From NCBI GenBank assembly GCA_965230945.1, contig OZ246397.1:438284-502283 (forward strand): a stretch of 64,000 bases of DNA, read 5' to 3'. The notes under the pieces are model-generated. The model made no database searches and was not told the origin of the DNA. It saw only the letters and a program-made list of their open reading frames with translations. The position numbers and the translations under genes were made by a program. Position 1 is the stretch's first letter; every line of letters starts with the position of its first letter. The stretch is from an uncultured Gammaproteobacteria bacterium. GTDB lineage: Bacteria > Patescibacteriota > Microgenomatia > PFEM01 > JAPLYW01. Positions 9,953-18,764 of this stretch are shown piece by piece.

Positions 9953-10268
9953 AAATATTGCTTCTGTAATATCAATCGTAATGCTCCTCTTGGCTATACC
10001 TACTTTTTGGCCTTACGGATATTACATTCTTTTAAGATGGATAATAACTGCCAGTGCTTTATTTTTAGCTTGGATTGCATACGATTTAGAGAAAGTATTG
10101 TGGGTGGTCTTGATGGGCTTGGTGGCTATATTATTTAATCCTCTAATTCCCATTCATCTAGCCAAATCAGGTTGGGTTCTTATTGATTTTGTATCAGCTA
10201 TTCTTTTCTTTTTAGCTGCCTATTCTATAAAAACTATAGCCCACAAGCATAGCGGAGAGGAAGAATGA
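9927..10268 (+). CDS. DUF6804-like small membrane protein
   Basis: PYGYYILLRW...ILFNP..PIHL...W..ID pattern. Confidence 0.65.
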   Translation: MSKDLIKYKNIASVISIVMLLLAIPTFWPYGYYILLRWIITASALFLAWIAYDLEKVLWVVLMGLVAILFNPLIPIHLAKSGWVLIDFVSAILFFLAAYSIKTIAHKHSGEEE

Positions 10269-10373
10269 GTAAAAGAACAGCAAGCGGGAAAAAGCCAAGA
10301 AAATAGTACAACAACCTTTTTGACAAAATTATCTAACTTTATTCAAGAGGGAAAAAATATTTAAAGCAAGAGA

Positions 10374-10417
10374 CGATGGGTGGCAGGACAGTAAGGTAGA
10401 AAATTTACCACCCATCG
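10374..10417 (-). terminator. Hairpin downstream of thyX (probable terminator or stabiliser)
   Basis: CGATGGGTGG...CCACCCATCG perfect 10-bp stem between convergent genes; weak U tract. Confidence 0.5.
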
Positions 10418-10423
10418 ATTGGC

Positions 10424-11146
10424 TCATTCTAAATTTATCTTTTTAAAACATCTAAGACCGTTTTTATCGGTTCCCGCTTCAACAAAATCTTCAAAGATAA
10501 CCGGAATAACTTCCTTAAGTTTCATAAGTAAATCTCCCGTTACCTGACGGATTTCCCAATGAGCTGCTTTTTGAGTACGCATTTCAAAGATATGTCGCCA
10601 TTGTCTAAAATTGGCAGTAACAACAATATCAGCATTAATGGCGATAGGAAGTATTTGCCGAGCGTCTTCCGGAACCCAACCAGCTTTTCTCAAACCTCGA
10701 TAATACATCTCCACCTTATGCAGCATATCTACCATTGACATTCGTGTATCGTCCTCAAGTAGAACAACTTCATATGCGTTTTTATGAGGGGGTACAGTAC
10801 AATGTAGCTGGAACTTTTCTAAATCAACTTTTTTACCCGCGTAGTCAACATATCTCGTTGATTCCTGAGAGAAAGCACAGATGCGATGTCGAACCATTTC
10901 GTGAGTAAAGCCACGGGAAACGTCAAGGAACTTTACACTTAATGTAGAGTGCTCGATTACGCTTTCATGACCTCTTTTAATAACCGTCCTGATGAATCTA
11001 TTTGCCGATTCTTCGGTAATTTTATTTTTTTCAGAACGATAACAAGTTCTACCTGCGCTTTCCAGCCTTAATAGTTGAGCCTTAAGTTCACTTTCCGATG
11101 TAAGAATAACAGAAAGGCCTCTTTTTACAACTTCCATTACCATCAC
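10424..11146 (-). CDS. thyX: FAD-dependent thymidylate synthase
   Basis: GHESVIEH, RHR...SQESTRY ThyX motif, EDARQILP, AHWEIR. Confidence 0.95.
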   Translation of the reverse strand: MMVMEVVKRGLSVILTSESELKAQLLRLESAGRTCYRSEKNKITEESANRFIRTVIKRGHESVIEHSTLSVKFLDVSRGFTHEMVRHRICAFSQESTRYVDYAGKKVDLEKFQLHCTVPPHKNAYEVVLLEDDTRMSMVDMLHKVEMYYRGLRKAGWVPEDARQILPIAINADIVVTANFRQWRHIFEMRTQKAAHWEIRQVTGDLLMKLKEVIPVIFEDFVEAGTDKNGLRCFKKINLE

Positions 11147-11273
11147 TCCCTTTCAATTTTTAAATTAATGAGCCAATGGAGCAATTATAGCACTTCCTGC
11201 AAATGTTTTTTAATTTTGAGATAATTCTAGTAAAAGATTTGAGGATTGGTTGTTATCAGCTCAAGAAGTAAGC

Positions 11274-12137
11274 TTAAAGTTCTTCTATTTTGATTTTCTT
11301 TTCTCCGGTTTCTTTAATAAGATCAAGATATTTTTCCGTGGTAGAGAGACGTTTATGACCAACTAGTTTTTGGATAAGAACTACAGAAGCTCCATTGGCT
11401 AGTTGGTGGGCAATAAAGGTGTGTCTGAGATCATTGATAGTCGCATCTTTAATTTCCGCTTCTTTAAAATAACGGCCAACAATAGTGCGAATGTTTCTGA
11501 CCAGAAATGGTCTTCCAGTTTTAGTTATAAAGATGTTTTTGGTTTTAGTTTTAAGCCTGAATTCCAACCAGCGTTCTAGTGATTTTTTGGCTGATTGGTT
11601 CAAGACGATAGCTCTTTCAGGTTGAGATTCATAAGCTTTAATTTTAAGTTGATTGTCTTTAAAATCAGCAAGTTCTAATCGAGCGAGTTCTCCAATACGG
11701 ATACCGGTTTGAAGCAATAATTCAACGACAGTGGAGATGCGGACATCATTACGGACAGCATCTCTTAAAGCTCGGTATTCCATCTGACTTAGAATTCGAG
11801 GAGGTTTAGCTTCATAACTAGGATATGTGATTGATTCAGCAGGATTATTGTCAATGATATTTTGGCTATTTAAATATTTGAAAAAAGACTTGATTGAATT
11901 AAGTTTTCTGGAAGCTGATTTAGGTAGATATTTATTGTAATTAAGGTATTCTTTAAAGTCTTCAATATGTTCAGGGGTAATAGAAGTTGCTTGAGTAATT
12001 TGTTTTTTACCCAAAAATTCAATAAACTGACTAAGGTCATTGCCATATGCTAAAATAGTAGAAGACGATTTACCTTGTTTTTTTAAAAAGTCGATAAATT
12101 TTTTATAGGCAGTATTCAGAGATTTATCATCAGCCAT
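11274..12137 (-). CDS. XerC/D-family tyrosine recombinase
   Basis: N-terminal SAM-like domain, TGIRIGEL, LRHT, GH..LSTTEKY (catalytic Tyr). Confidence 0.9.
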   Translation of the reverse strand: MADDKSLNTAYKKFIDFLKKQGKSSSTILAYGNDLSQFIEFLGKKQITQATSITPEHIEDFKEYLNYNKYLPKSASRKLNSIKSFFKYLNSQNIIDNNPAESITYPSYEAKPPRILSQMEYRALRDAVRNDVRISTVVELLLQTGIRIGELARLELADFKDNQLKIKAYESQPERAIVLNQSAKKSLERWLEFRLKTKTKNIFITKTGRPFLVRNIRTIVGRYFKEAEIKDATINDLRHTFIAHQLANGASVVLIQKLVGHKRLSTTEKYLDLIKETGEKKIKIEEL

Positions 12138-12200
12138 AGAAGCTTTGAGGGCAGCGTTAAAATAATATTACCTAATAGCAATCCGCTATAGGGTAATCCT

Positions 12201-12229
12201 ATAATAACACCTGGAAGGCAACCTGTCAA
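12201..12229 (-). promoter_or_regulatory. Sigma70-type promoter of the recombinase gene
   Basis: TTGACA (12229-12224), 17 nt, TATTAT (12206-12201) with extended TG. Confidence 0.65.
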
Positions 12230-12230
12230 T

Positions 12231-12605
12231 ATGTCAAATAAAAAGTTAAACTTACTTATACGCAGCAGGCTAGTTCAGATAGTAATTATTTTTATCGGTA
12301 TTGGTCTTATAGTCAACTTGTCAAAGGATATCATAGGGCTTTTAAAATCAGCTGGGGAATTAAAGCTAACCGAGCAGAGGGTAGGGGAGGTAAAGGAAGA
12401 AACCCTTAGCCTGAAACAAAAGAAAGAATATTATCAATCAAATGAATTTATTGAAGAAATGGCGAGAAATAAACTTAATATGGCCAGAGAAGGAGAAACG
12501 GTTGTTATTCTACCGCCAAATATAAAAGAAGTTTTGGGTTATCAAGAGTCTACTCTTCCTGAGTATATTCCCAATTGGAAACAATGGTTTAATCTATTTA
12601 GGTAG
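12231..12605 (+). CDS. Septum formation initiator, FtsB/DivIC family
   Basis: TM helix, coiled coil, FIEEMARNKLNMAREGETVV motif. Confidence 0.85.
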   Translation: MSNKKLNLLIRSRLVQIVIIFIGIGLIVNLSKDIIGLLKSAGELKLTEQRVGEVKEETLSLKQKKEYYQSNEFIEEMARNKLNMAREGETVVILPPNIKEVLGYQESTLPEYIPNWKQWFNLFR

Positions 12606-12652
12606 TAAAGCTTGTTCTAGATTCGTTTTTTTGATAAAATTACTTTATGATA

Positions 12653-12926
12653 TGCGGGGTAGTGTACGGCAGCACGTGAGGCTCGTTTAAAATTGGGCCC
12701 TCTAATAGGTAACTATTGAGAGTGCACTCGGCTATATCGGTGAAACCCTACTGTAACTAGAGGGCAATACCGAGGGAACCCTAAAAATATTAGGGACTCT
12801 GTAGAGACTACACGCCGAGCATCCTGAATTTATTTAGGATGAAGATATAGTCCGACACTTTGAGTAATCGGAGCAAACAGTTTGCATAATCTCACAGACC
12901 GGGTTCAACTCCCGGCCCCGCAACCA
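12653..12926 (+). tRNA. tRNA-Met(CAU), initiator-like, interrupted by a group I intron; exons 12653-12683 and 12885-12926
   Basis: Spliced product folds with acceptor TGCGGGG/CCCCGCA-ACCA, anticodon arm TGAGG-CT CAT AA-TCTCA and T loop TTCAACT; closely resembles bacterial tRNAfMet. Confidence 0.88.
12684..12884 (+). ncRNA. Group I intron (201 nt, no ORF) after U33 of the tRNA
   Basis: 5' exon ends in U and intron ends in G; P1 GGCU/GGCC; P3 CTCGGC/GCCGAG; P4 TCGGT/ACCGA; P7 elements AGAGACTAC and GATATAGTCC. Confidence 0.92.
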
Positions 12927-12928
12927 AA

Positions 12929-13000
12929 GGTAGGGAGTAGACTGGTGTCTTGGAACGTTTCATAAGCGTTTTTTAGTGGGTTCGACTCCCACCCCTACCA
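12929..13000 (+). tRNA. tRNA with CAU anticodon (probably elongator Met), non-canonical D arm
   Basis: Acceptor GGTAGGG/CCCTACC-A, anticodon arm AACGT-TT CAT AA-GCGTT, T arm GTGGG-TTCGACT-CCCAC. Confidence 0.75.
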
Positions 13001-13001
13001 C

Positions 13002-13028
13002 AACCACTTCTAAAGGGAGTGGTTTTTT
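13002..13028 (+). terminator. Intrinsic terminator of the tRNA pair
   Basis: AACCACTTC...GGAGTGGTT followed by a T run. Confidence 0.75.
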
Positions 13029-13046
13029 GTTAAAATAGTCCCAAGT

Positions 13047-14027
13047 ATGGCTGAAAAAAGAGTTTTTTCAGGAATTAGATCAAGTGGAAGACTGCACATT
13101 GGTAATTACTTTGGGGCAGTTAAGGGAATGCTTGCCTTGCAAGACACTCATGATTGTGTCTTTGGAGTGGTGGACTGTCATGGTATAACGACACCCTTTA
13201 ATCCTCAAAATATGCAGAAAGAAATAAGGGAAGTCGTTTTAGATTATTTAGCTGCTGGTCTTGATCCAAAGAAATGTCACTTAATGATTCAATCTCAAGT
13301 ACCCGAGCATATAGAGCTTTCTTATTTCTTTGCTACCATTTTTCCTGTGTCCAGACTTGAGCAGCTGCCTACTTACAAAGAAAAAAAGATTGAAAATCCA
13401 AACTATGTTAATTTAGGGCTTTTGTATTATCCGATTTTAATGGCAGCAGATATTTTAATTTACAAAGCAGATAAAGTTCCTGTAGGAAAAGATCAATTGC
13501 CTCATATTGAATTAACCAGAGAAGTGGCTAGGAAATTTAACTCTATGTTTGGAAAAATATTCCCTGAACCCCAGGCTTATCTGACCAAGGGTGCTTTAGT
13601 CCCATCTTTACTAGGAGAAGGTAAGATGAGTAAATCGCTAAAAGGGAGCTATATTTTGTTAACTGATGATTTAAAAAGTGTTAAAGAGAAATTAGCTAAG
13701 GCTCCCACTGATAGGGGTTTTGGTAAAAGTATTCCAAAAGAAGGCGGCGTGGCTAACTTGCTATTCTTCGTTGAACTTTTTATGGGTGAAAAAGTAAGAA
13801 AAGAATACGAAAAGCAGTATTTAAGTAAGGGAATTAAATATTCAGAACTTAAAGAAAAACTAGCAAAAGCTGTTTTTGAGGCTCTTCAACTAATTCAAGA
13901 GAGAAGGAGATATTTTGAGGATAGGCCTAAATTGGTTGATGAGATTCTAGAAGAAGGAAGAATCTATTGTTCAAAGCTTGCCAAAGGGACTCTTTTAGAG
14001 GTTAAAAAAGTCATGGGTTTGGTTTGA
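13047..14027 (+). CDS. trpS: Tryptophan--tRNA ligase
   Basis: HIGN and KMSKS motifs, YPILMAADIL, VPVGKDQ. Confidence 0.96.
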   Translation: MAEKRVFSGIRSSGRLHIGNYFGAVKGMLALQDTHDCVFGVVDCHGITTPFNPQNMQKEIREVVLDYLAAGLDPKKCHLMIQSQVPEHIELSYFFATIFPVSRLEQLPTYKEKKIENPNYVNLGLLYYPILMAADILIYKADKVPVGKDQLPHIELTREVARKFNSMFGKIFPEPQAYLTKGALVPSLLGEGKMSKSLKGSYILLTDDLKSVKEKLAKAPTDRGFGKSIPKEGGVANLLFFVELFMGEKVRKEYEKQYLSKGIKYSELKEKLAKAVFEALQLIQERRRYFEDRPKLVDEILEEGRIYCSKLAKGTLLEVKKVMGLV

Positions 14028-14061
14028 ATAAGCTACCTAGATATGGTAGAATAAAAGCCTG

Positions 14062-15918
14062 ATGGTAAAGAAAGGCAGGCTTCCCCAGCGTCCGGTTAAA
14101 AAGTACCAATTTAAGTTAAAGTTAAATTTAAGAAATATTTTGCTTTGGTTGTTTTTAGGAGCTATTTTCTTTTCCCTTTTATTTTCTTTTCCTGCTAAAC
14201 CCGGTCTTACTGAAGAGGAAATTCCTCTGTCTCAAGTTTTAACAGACATTAAAGAAAATAAAATTAAAGAGATTGAAGTAGAGGATAGCAAGATTAGGCT
14301 GACTTACGAGGATGACCAGAAACGCTTTTCTAGGAAAGAAGGAGAAATTAGTTTTATTGAGGTTTTAAAGTCAGAAGGGATTGATTCTTCTGCTGTTAAA
14401 GTTTCTATTAAAGATACATCTCTTTCAAAGGTTTGGATTAACGTCTTATCAGGTATCTTGCCTTTCATTTTGTTAGTGGTTTTTTTCTTCTTTATCTTCC
14501 GTCAGGCCAAAGGGGCTCAGGATTCTATCTTTTCCTTTGGCCGCTCAAAAGCTCAGCTTTTTTCAAAAGGTAAACAATCGACTACCTTTAAGGATGTGGC
14601 TGGTGTTGATGAGGCAAAGAGGGAATTAGAAGAAGTGGTTGATTTCTTAAAACATCCTGGGAAATATAGAAGATTGGGAGCAAGAACTCCTAGGGGAGTC
14701 CTTTTAATTGGACCTTCAGGGACAGGAAAGACTTTATTAGCTAAGGCACTAGCCGGAGAAGCCAACACCCCTTTCTTTTCTATGGCCGGTTCTGAGTTTA
14801 TGGAAATGTTGGTTGGAGTCGGAGCCTCTAGGGTAAGAGATTTATTCAAAAACGCTAAAAAGGCAGCCCCATCCATCATTTTTATTGATGAGATTGATGC
14901 CATTGGTAGACAAAGAGGAATGGGTATTGGTGGAGGTCATGACGAAAGAGAACAGACTTTAAATCAGATTTTAGTGGAGATGGATGGTTTTTCTCCTTCA
15001 GATAATGTCCTTATTTTGGCCGCAACAAACAGAGGTGATCTTTTAGATCCGGCCTTATTGCGTCCTGGTCGATTTGATCGCCGCGTTATTCTAGAACTTC
15101 CAGATATTGAGGATCGAAAAGCGATTTTGGCCATTCATGCCAGAGGTAAACCCTTTATTAAAGAGATTAATTGGAATAATATTGCCAGAAGAACAGTTGG
15201 TTTTTCCGGTGCTGATTTGGAAAACATGCTTAATGAAGCCGCTATTTTAGCGGCCAGAAATAATAAAAAGATAATTAACGCTGGTGACATTGAAGAATCA
15301 GCCACCAAGGTTAAATTAGGACCGGAGAAGAAAAGAATTCAATCTAAAGAGGAAAAAAGAATGACGGCTTACCATGAAGCGGCTCATGCCATTGTCAGCT
15401 TTAGGTTGCCTCATATTGATCCCGTTCATCGAATTTCCATTGTTTCTCGAGGAGTGGCCATGGGTTTTACCTTAATTCCGCCCAAAAAAGACCGCTATAC
15501 AGAAACCAAAAGTCATATGGTAGAGATGATTGCTACTTTATTGGGGGGAAGAGCCGCTGAAAGCTTAGTCTTTGATGAATTAACAGGAGGAGCGGCTTCT
15601 GATATCAGCCAAGCTACCAGAATTGCTCGTCAAATGGTGGTTGATTATGGGATGAGTGATTTAGGTCCTGTTTATTTGGGACCTCAGGTTGAAACCACTG
15701 GTTTTGGACGTACATGGGTACAACCTACAGAAATTAGCCCCGATATGCAAGCTAAAGTTGATAAAGAAGTTAAGCAGATTGTTGATGATGCCTTTAAAAA
15801 GGCAACCGATATTTTAAAGAAAAATAGAAAGAAGTTGGATTTGATAGCTAACAGATTGGTTGAGAAAGAAACTTTGGAAGGCGAAGAATTTGAAAGATTA
15901 ATGAAGAAAAAAGCCTAA
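14062..15918 (+). CDS. ftsH: ATP-dependent zinc metalloprotease FtsH
   Basis: Two TM helices, [26 protein letters not shown]. Confidence 0.97.
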   Translation: MVKKGRLPQRPVKKYQFKLKLNLRNILLWLFLGAIFFSLLFSFPAKPGLTEEEIPLSQVLTDIKENKIKEIEVEDSKIRLTYEDDQKRFSRKEGEISFIEVLKSEGIDSSAVKVSIKDTSLSKVWINVLSGILPFILLVVFFFFIFRQAKGAQDSIFSFGRSKAQLFSKGKQSTTFKDVAGVDEAKRELEEVVDFLKHPGKYRRLGARTPRGVLLIGPSGTGKTLLAKALAGEANTPFFSMAGSEFMEMLVGVGASRVRDLFKNAKKAAPSIIFIDEIDAIGRQRGMGIGGGHDEREQTLNQILVEMDGFSPSDNVLILAATNRGDLLDPALLRPGRFDRRVILELPDIEDRKAILAIHARGKPFIKEINWNNIARRTVGFSGADLENMLNEAAILAARNNKKIINAGDIEESATKVKLGPEKKRIQSKEEKRMTAYHEAAHAIVSFRLPHIDPVHRISIVSRGVAMGFTLIPPKKDRYTETKSHMVEMIATLLGGRAAESLVFDELTGGAASDISQATRIARQMVVDYGMSDLGPVYLGPQVETTGFGRTWVQPTEISPDMQAKVDKEVKQIVDDAFKKATDILKKNRKKLDLIANRLVEKETLEGEEFERLMKKKA

Positions 15919-16832
15919 TGAAGACCCTGGTTCTTATTGATGGGCATGCGATTCTCCATCGTGCCTACCATGCTTTTCCGTTAACATTGAAAACAAGAAA
16001 AGGAGAGATAGTTAATGCCGTTTATGGGTTTACGCGCATGTTGCTAACCGTTTTAGAGAATCTTAAACCTGAATATTTAGCGGTGGCTTTTGATTTGCCT
16101 GAGCCTACTTTTCGACATCATGAATTTATTGGCTATCAGGCTCACCGGCCAGAAACAGATAAAGAGCTGATAGATCAACTGAAGCGGGTTTATCAAATAG
16201 TAAAGACCTTAAATATTCCTATTTTTACCTACAGTGGTTTTGAAGCCGATGATATCATTGGCACTCTTTCTAAACAGGCTGGTAGAAAGAAAAATTTACA
16301 AACGATTATTGTTACCGGGGATCGGGATATTATGCAGTTGGTAGATAAAAAAGTAAAGGTTTACGCTCCCAAAAAAGGTTTTGCTCAAGCGGAGCTTTTT
16401 AATCCTAAGAAAGTTAAAGAATTTTTAGGTGTTCGTCCGGATCAAATTATTGATTATAAGGCTTTAGTTGGTGATCCTTCTGATAATTATCCTGGTGTTC
16501 CCGGAATTGGACCTAAAACAGCTACCTTGCTTTTGGAGAAATATAAGACACTTAATAATATTTTTAAGAATATTGGGAGAATTAGACCTTTAGTAGCTCA
16601 GAAAATAAAGGAAGGAGAAGAAAGTGCCTTGCTTTCCCAAAGATTGGCAACTATTATCAGAGATATTGCTGTGAGGCTTAATTTAAAAAAATGCCAAGTT
16701 CATGATTATGATAAAGAAAAGGTTATGGAATTATTTACAGAGTTGGAATTTAAGAGTTTAATTAATAAGCTGCCCTGGCAAAAAGAGAAAGAAAAAAAGA
16801 AAGGCAAAAACAGACAAATGCAATTGGTATGA
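15918..16832 (+). CDS. Stand-alone 5'-3' exonuclease/flap endonuclease (Pol I N-terminal domain)
   Basis: LIDGH...RAYHA, EADDIIG, TGDRD, GDPSDNYPGVPGIGPKTA (H3TH); no polymerase domain. Confidence 0.92.
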   Translation: MKTLVLIDGHAILHRAYHAFPLTLKTRKGEIVNAVYGFTRMLLTVLENLKPEYLAVAFDLPEPTFRHHEFIGYQAHRPETDKELIDQLKRVYQIVKTLNIPIFTYSGFEADDIIGTLSKQAGRKKNLQTIIVTGDRDIMQLVDKKVKVYAPKKGFAQAELFNPKKVKEFLGVRPDQIIDYKALVGDPSDNYPGVPGIGPKTATLLLEKYKTLNNIFKNIGRIRPLVAQKIKEGEESALLSQRLATIIRDIAVRLNLKKCQVHDYDKEKVMELFTELEFKSLINKLPWQKEKEKKKGKNRQMQLV

Positions 16833-17953
16833 AAATAGCTTTGGTCCATGACTATCTGAAAGAATATGGGGGAGCTGAGAGAGTCTTAGAAGCTCTTCAT
16901 GAGATATGGCCTAAAGCGCCTATTTTTACTTTAGTTTATGCACCTAGCTATTTAGGTCCTCATAAAAAACGTTTAGAAAAATGGCCTGTAAAACCTTTAA
17001 TTCCTCAGTGTTTTTATTTGGCTACTAAGCTGATTAGCCCTTTGCGTTTATTGGCGCCTCTTTTATTTAAAAACCTAGATTTAAGTGATTATGATCTTAT
17101 CTTGGTATCGGCCACTGGTGCTTATAATCCTAATTTAGTTAAATGCAAGCAAAAGACTCATTTTTGTTACTGCCATACACCACCGAGGTATCTTTATGGT
17201 TTACCTACGGCCAGAGAATGGAAAAAATATTGGTGGTTTCGAATTCCTGCTCAAATTTCCAATCATTTTCTAAGATTGGTTGATTTTAGGTCGGCTCAAA
17301 AAGTTGATTATTTTATGGCTAATTCCAAAAATACTGTTTCAAGAATCAATAAATTTTATAGAAAAAAGGCGATAGTTATTTATCCACCAGTCGATGTTAA
17401 AAAAGACTTAGGTAAAACTAAAATTGGCGATTATTTTTTAGCTGGCGGGAGGTTGGCGAGGCCTAAACGAGTTGATTTAGCCATTAAAGCTTGTAATAAG
17501 CTCAAATTGCCTTTAAAGATTTATGGACGAGCTTTTGCTGGTTATGGAGAAGAGCTAAAGGCTATGGCTGGCCCAACTATTGAGTTTTTAGGAGAAATTA
17601 CTGATAAACAAAAAGATGAGCTTTATCGGAATTGCAGAGCCTATATTTTTCCGGCCGAGGAAGAGGATTTCGGCATTAGTCCGGTAGAGGCTTTAGGTTT
17701 TGGTAAACCGGTTATTGCTTTAAGACAGGGAGGGGTTTTAGAAAGTGTTCTTGAAAGGGAAACAGGCGAGTTTTTTGATAAACCAACCGTGGAAAGTTTA
17801 GTGAAGGTCTTAAGAAATTTTGAACCTAAAAGATACAAACCAGAGAATTGTTTTAAACAAGCTAAAAGATTTTCTAAAGAAAGATTTAAAAAAGAGATTA
17901 AAAAGTTTATAGAAGAAAAATATGCCGGAGCTGCCAGAAGTAGAAACCATTAA
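16829..17953 (+). CDS. Glycosyltransferase family 4
   Basis: MKIALVHD...GGAERV, EDFGI.PVEA. Confidence 0.92.
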   Translation: MKIALVHDYLKEYGGAERVLEALHEIWPKAPIFTLVYAPSYLGPHKKRLEKWPVKPLIPQCFYLATKLISPLRLLAPLLFKNLDLSDYDLILVSATGAYNPNLVKCKQKTHFCYCHTPPRYLYGLPTAREWKKYWWFRIPAQISNHFLRLVDFRSAQKVDYFMANSKNTVSRINKFYRKKAIVIYPPVDVKKDLGKTKIGDYFLAGGRLARPKRVDLAIKACNKLKLPLKIYGRAFAGYGEELKAMAGPTIEFLGEITDKQKDELYRNCRAYIFPAEEEDFGISPVEALGFGKPVIALRQGGVLESVLERETGEFFDKPTVESLVKVLRNFEPKRYKPENCFKQAKRFSKERFKKEIKKFIEEKYAGAARSRNH

Positions 17954-18752
17954 AAGAGGCCTTAATCGTTTAATTGTAGGATACCAGGTTTTAGATATTA
18001 AAACTGACTCACCGCAACAGATAAAGCCTTCTTTAAATGAGGTTAAGAGGGCTCTTTTGGGGAATAAGATTGAAAAAATTGAAAGAAGAGGCAAACTTTT
18101 ACAGATTTTTTTCTCCAAGGGGACTGTTTTAGGTATCCATTTAAAGCTTACAGGTAGGCTTTTGGTCAGGAAAAAGAATGATCCTCATGATAAATGGCAA
18201 CATATTACTATTTCTCTTTCTGGAGATAAGGAACTTCGCTTTGCCGATTCTCGTAAGTTCGGCTGGTTTAAATTGTTTAAAGACAAAAAGGAACTTGAAA
18301 AAGTTCTTTCTGAACTTGGCAAAGAGCCCTTGGATGATTTAAAACTTAAAGATTTTAAAGAGATTTTGTCTTCTTCGAGGAGACCAGTAAAAGTGGTTTT
18401 AATGGATCAAGCAAAAATTGCTGGGGTGGGGAATATCTATGCTAATGATGCCCTGTTTTTATCAGGCATTGATCCGCGTAGGGCAGCTAATAAAATTACT
18501 GATTTTGAGATCAAAAAACTTTATGAAGCCTTAGAAAAAGTATTAAGACTTGGCATTAAAGAGAGAGGCGCTTCTGACCAATATTATTTAGACGCTTCAG
18601 GAAGAAAAGGATCTTATCAGAAACATTTTTTAGTTTATGGCAGAGCTGGTGAAAAATGCCGTAAATGTCAAGAGAAAATAAAAAGAATTAATGTCGGAGG
18701 GCGAGGTACTTTTTATTGCCCCTATTGTCAAAAAGAAAAGATTTTGGAATAA
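17922..18752 (+). CDS. mutM: Formamidopyrimidine-DNA glycosylase
   Basis: MPELPEVE, RRGK, GVGNIYA, C-terminal Zn finger C..C...RGTFYC..CQ. Confidence 0.96.
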   Translation: MPELPEVETIKRGLNRLIVGYQVLDIKTDSPQQIKPSLNEVKRALLGNKIEKIERRGKLLQIFFSKGTVLGIHLKLTGRLLVRKKNDPHDKWQHITISLSGDKELRFADSRKFGWFKLFKDKKELEKVLSELGKEPLDDLKLKDFKEILSSSRRPVKVVLMDQAKIAGVGNIYANDALFLSGIDPRRAANKITDFEIKKLYEALEKVLRLGIKERGASDQYYLDASGRKGSYQKHFLVYGRAGEKCRKCQEKIKRINVGGRGTFYCPYCQKEKILE

Positions 18753-18764
18753 ATTCAAAAAGAG

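Noticed and set aside
6113-12137. Integron interpretation (co-oriented small genes near a tyrosine recombinase)
   Set aside because: No repeated attC-like RYYYAAC...GTTRRRY structures in the spacers; the recombinase lacks the IntI-specific insertion and lies downstream of the array, beyond thyX.
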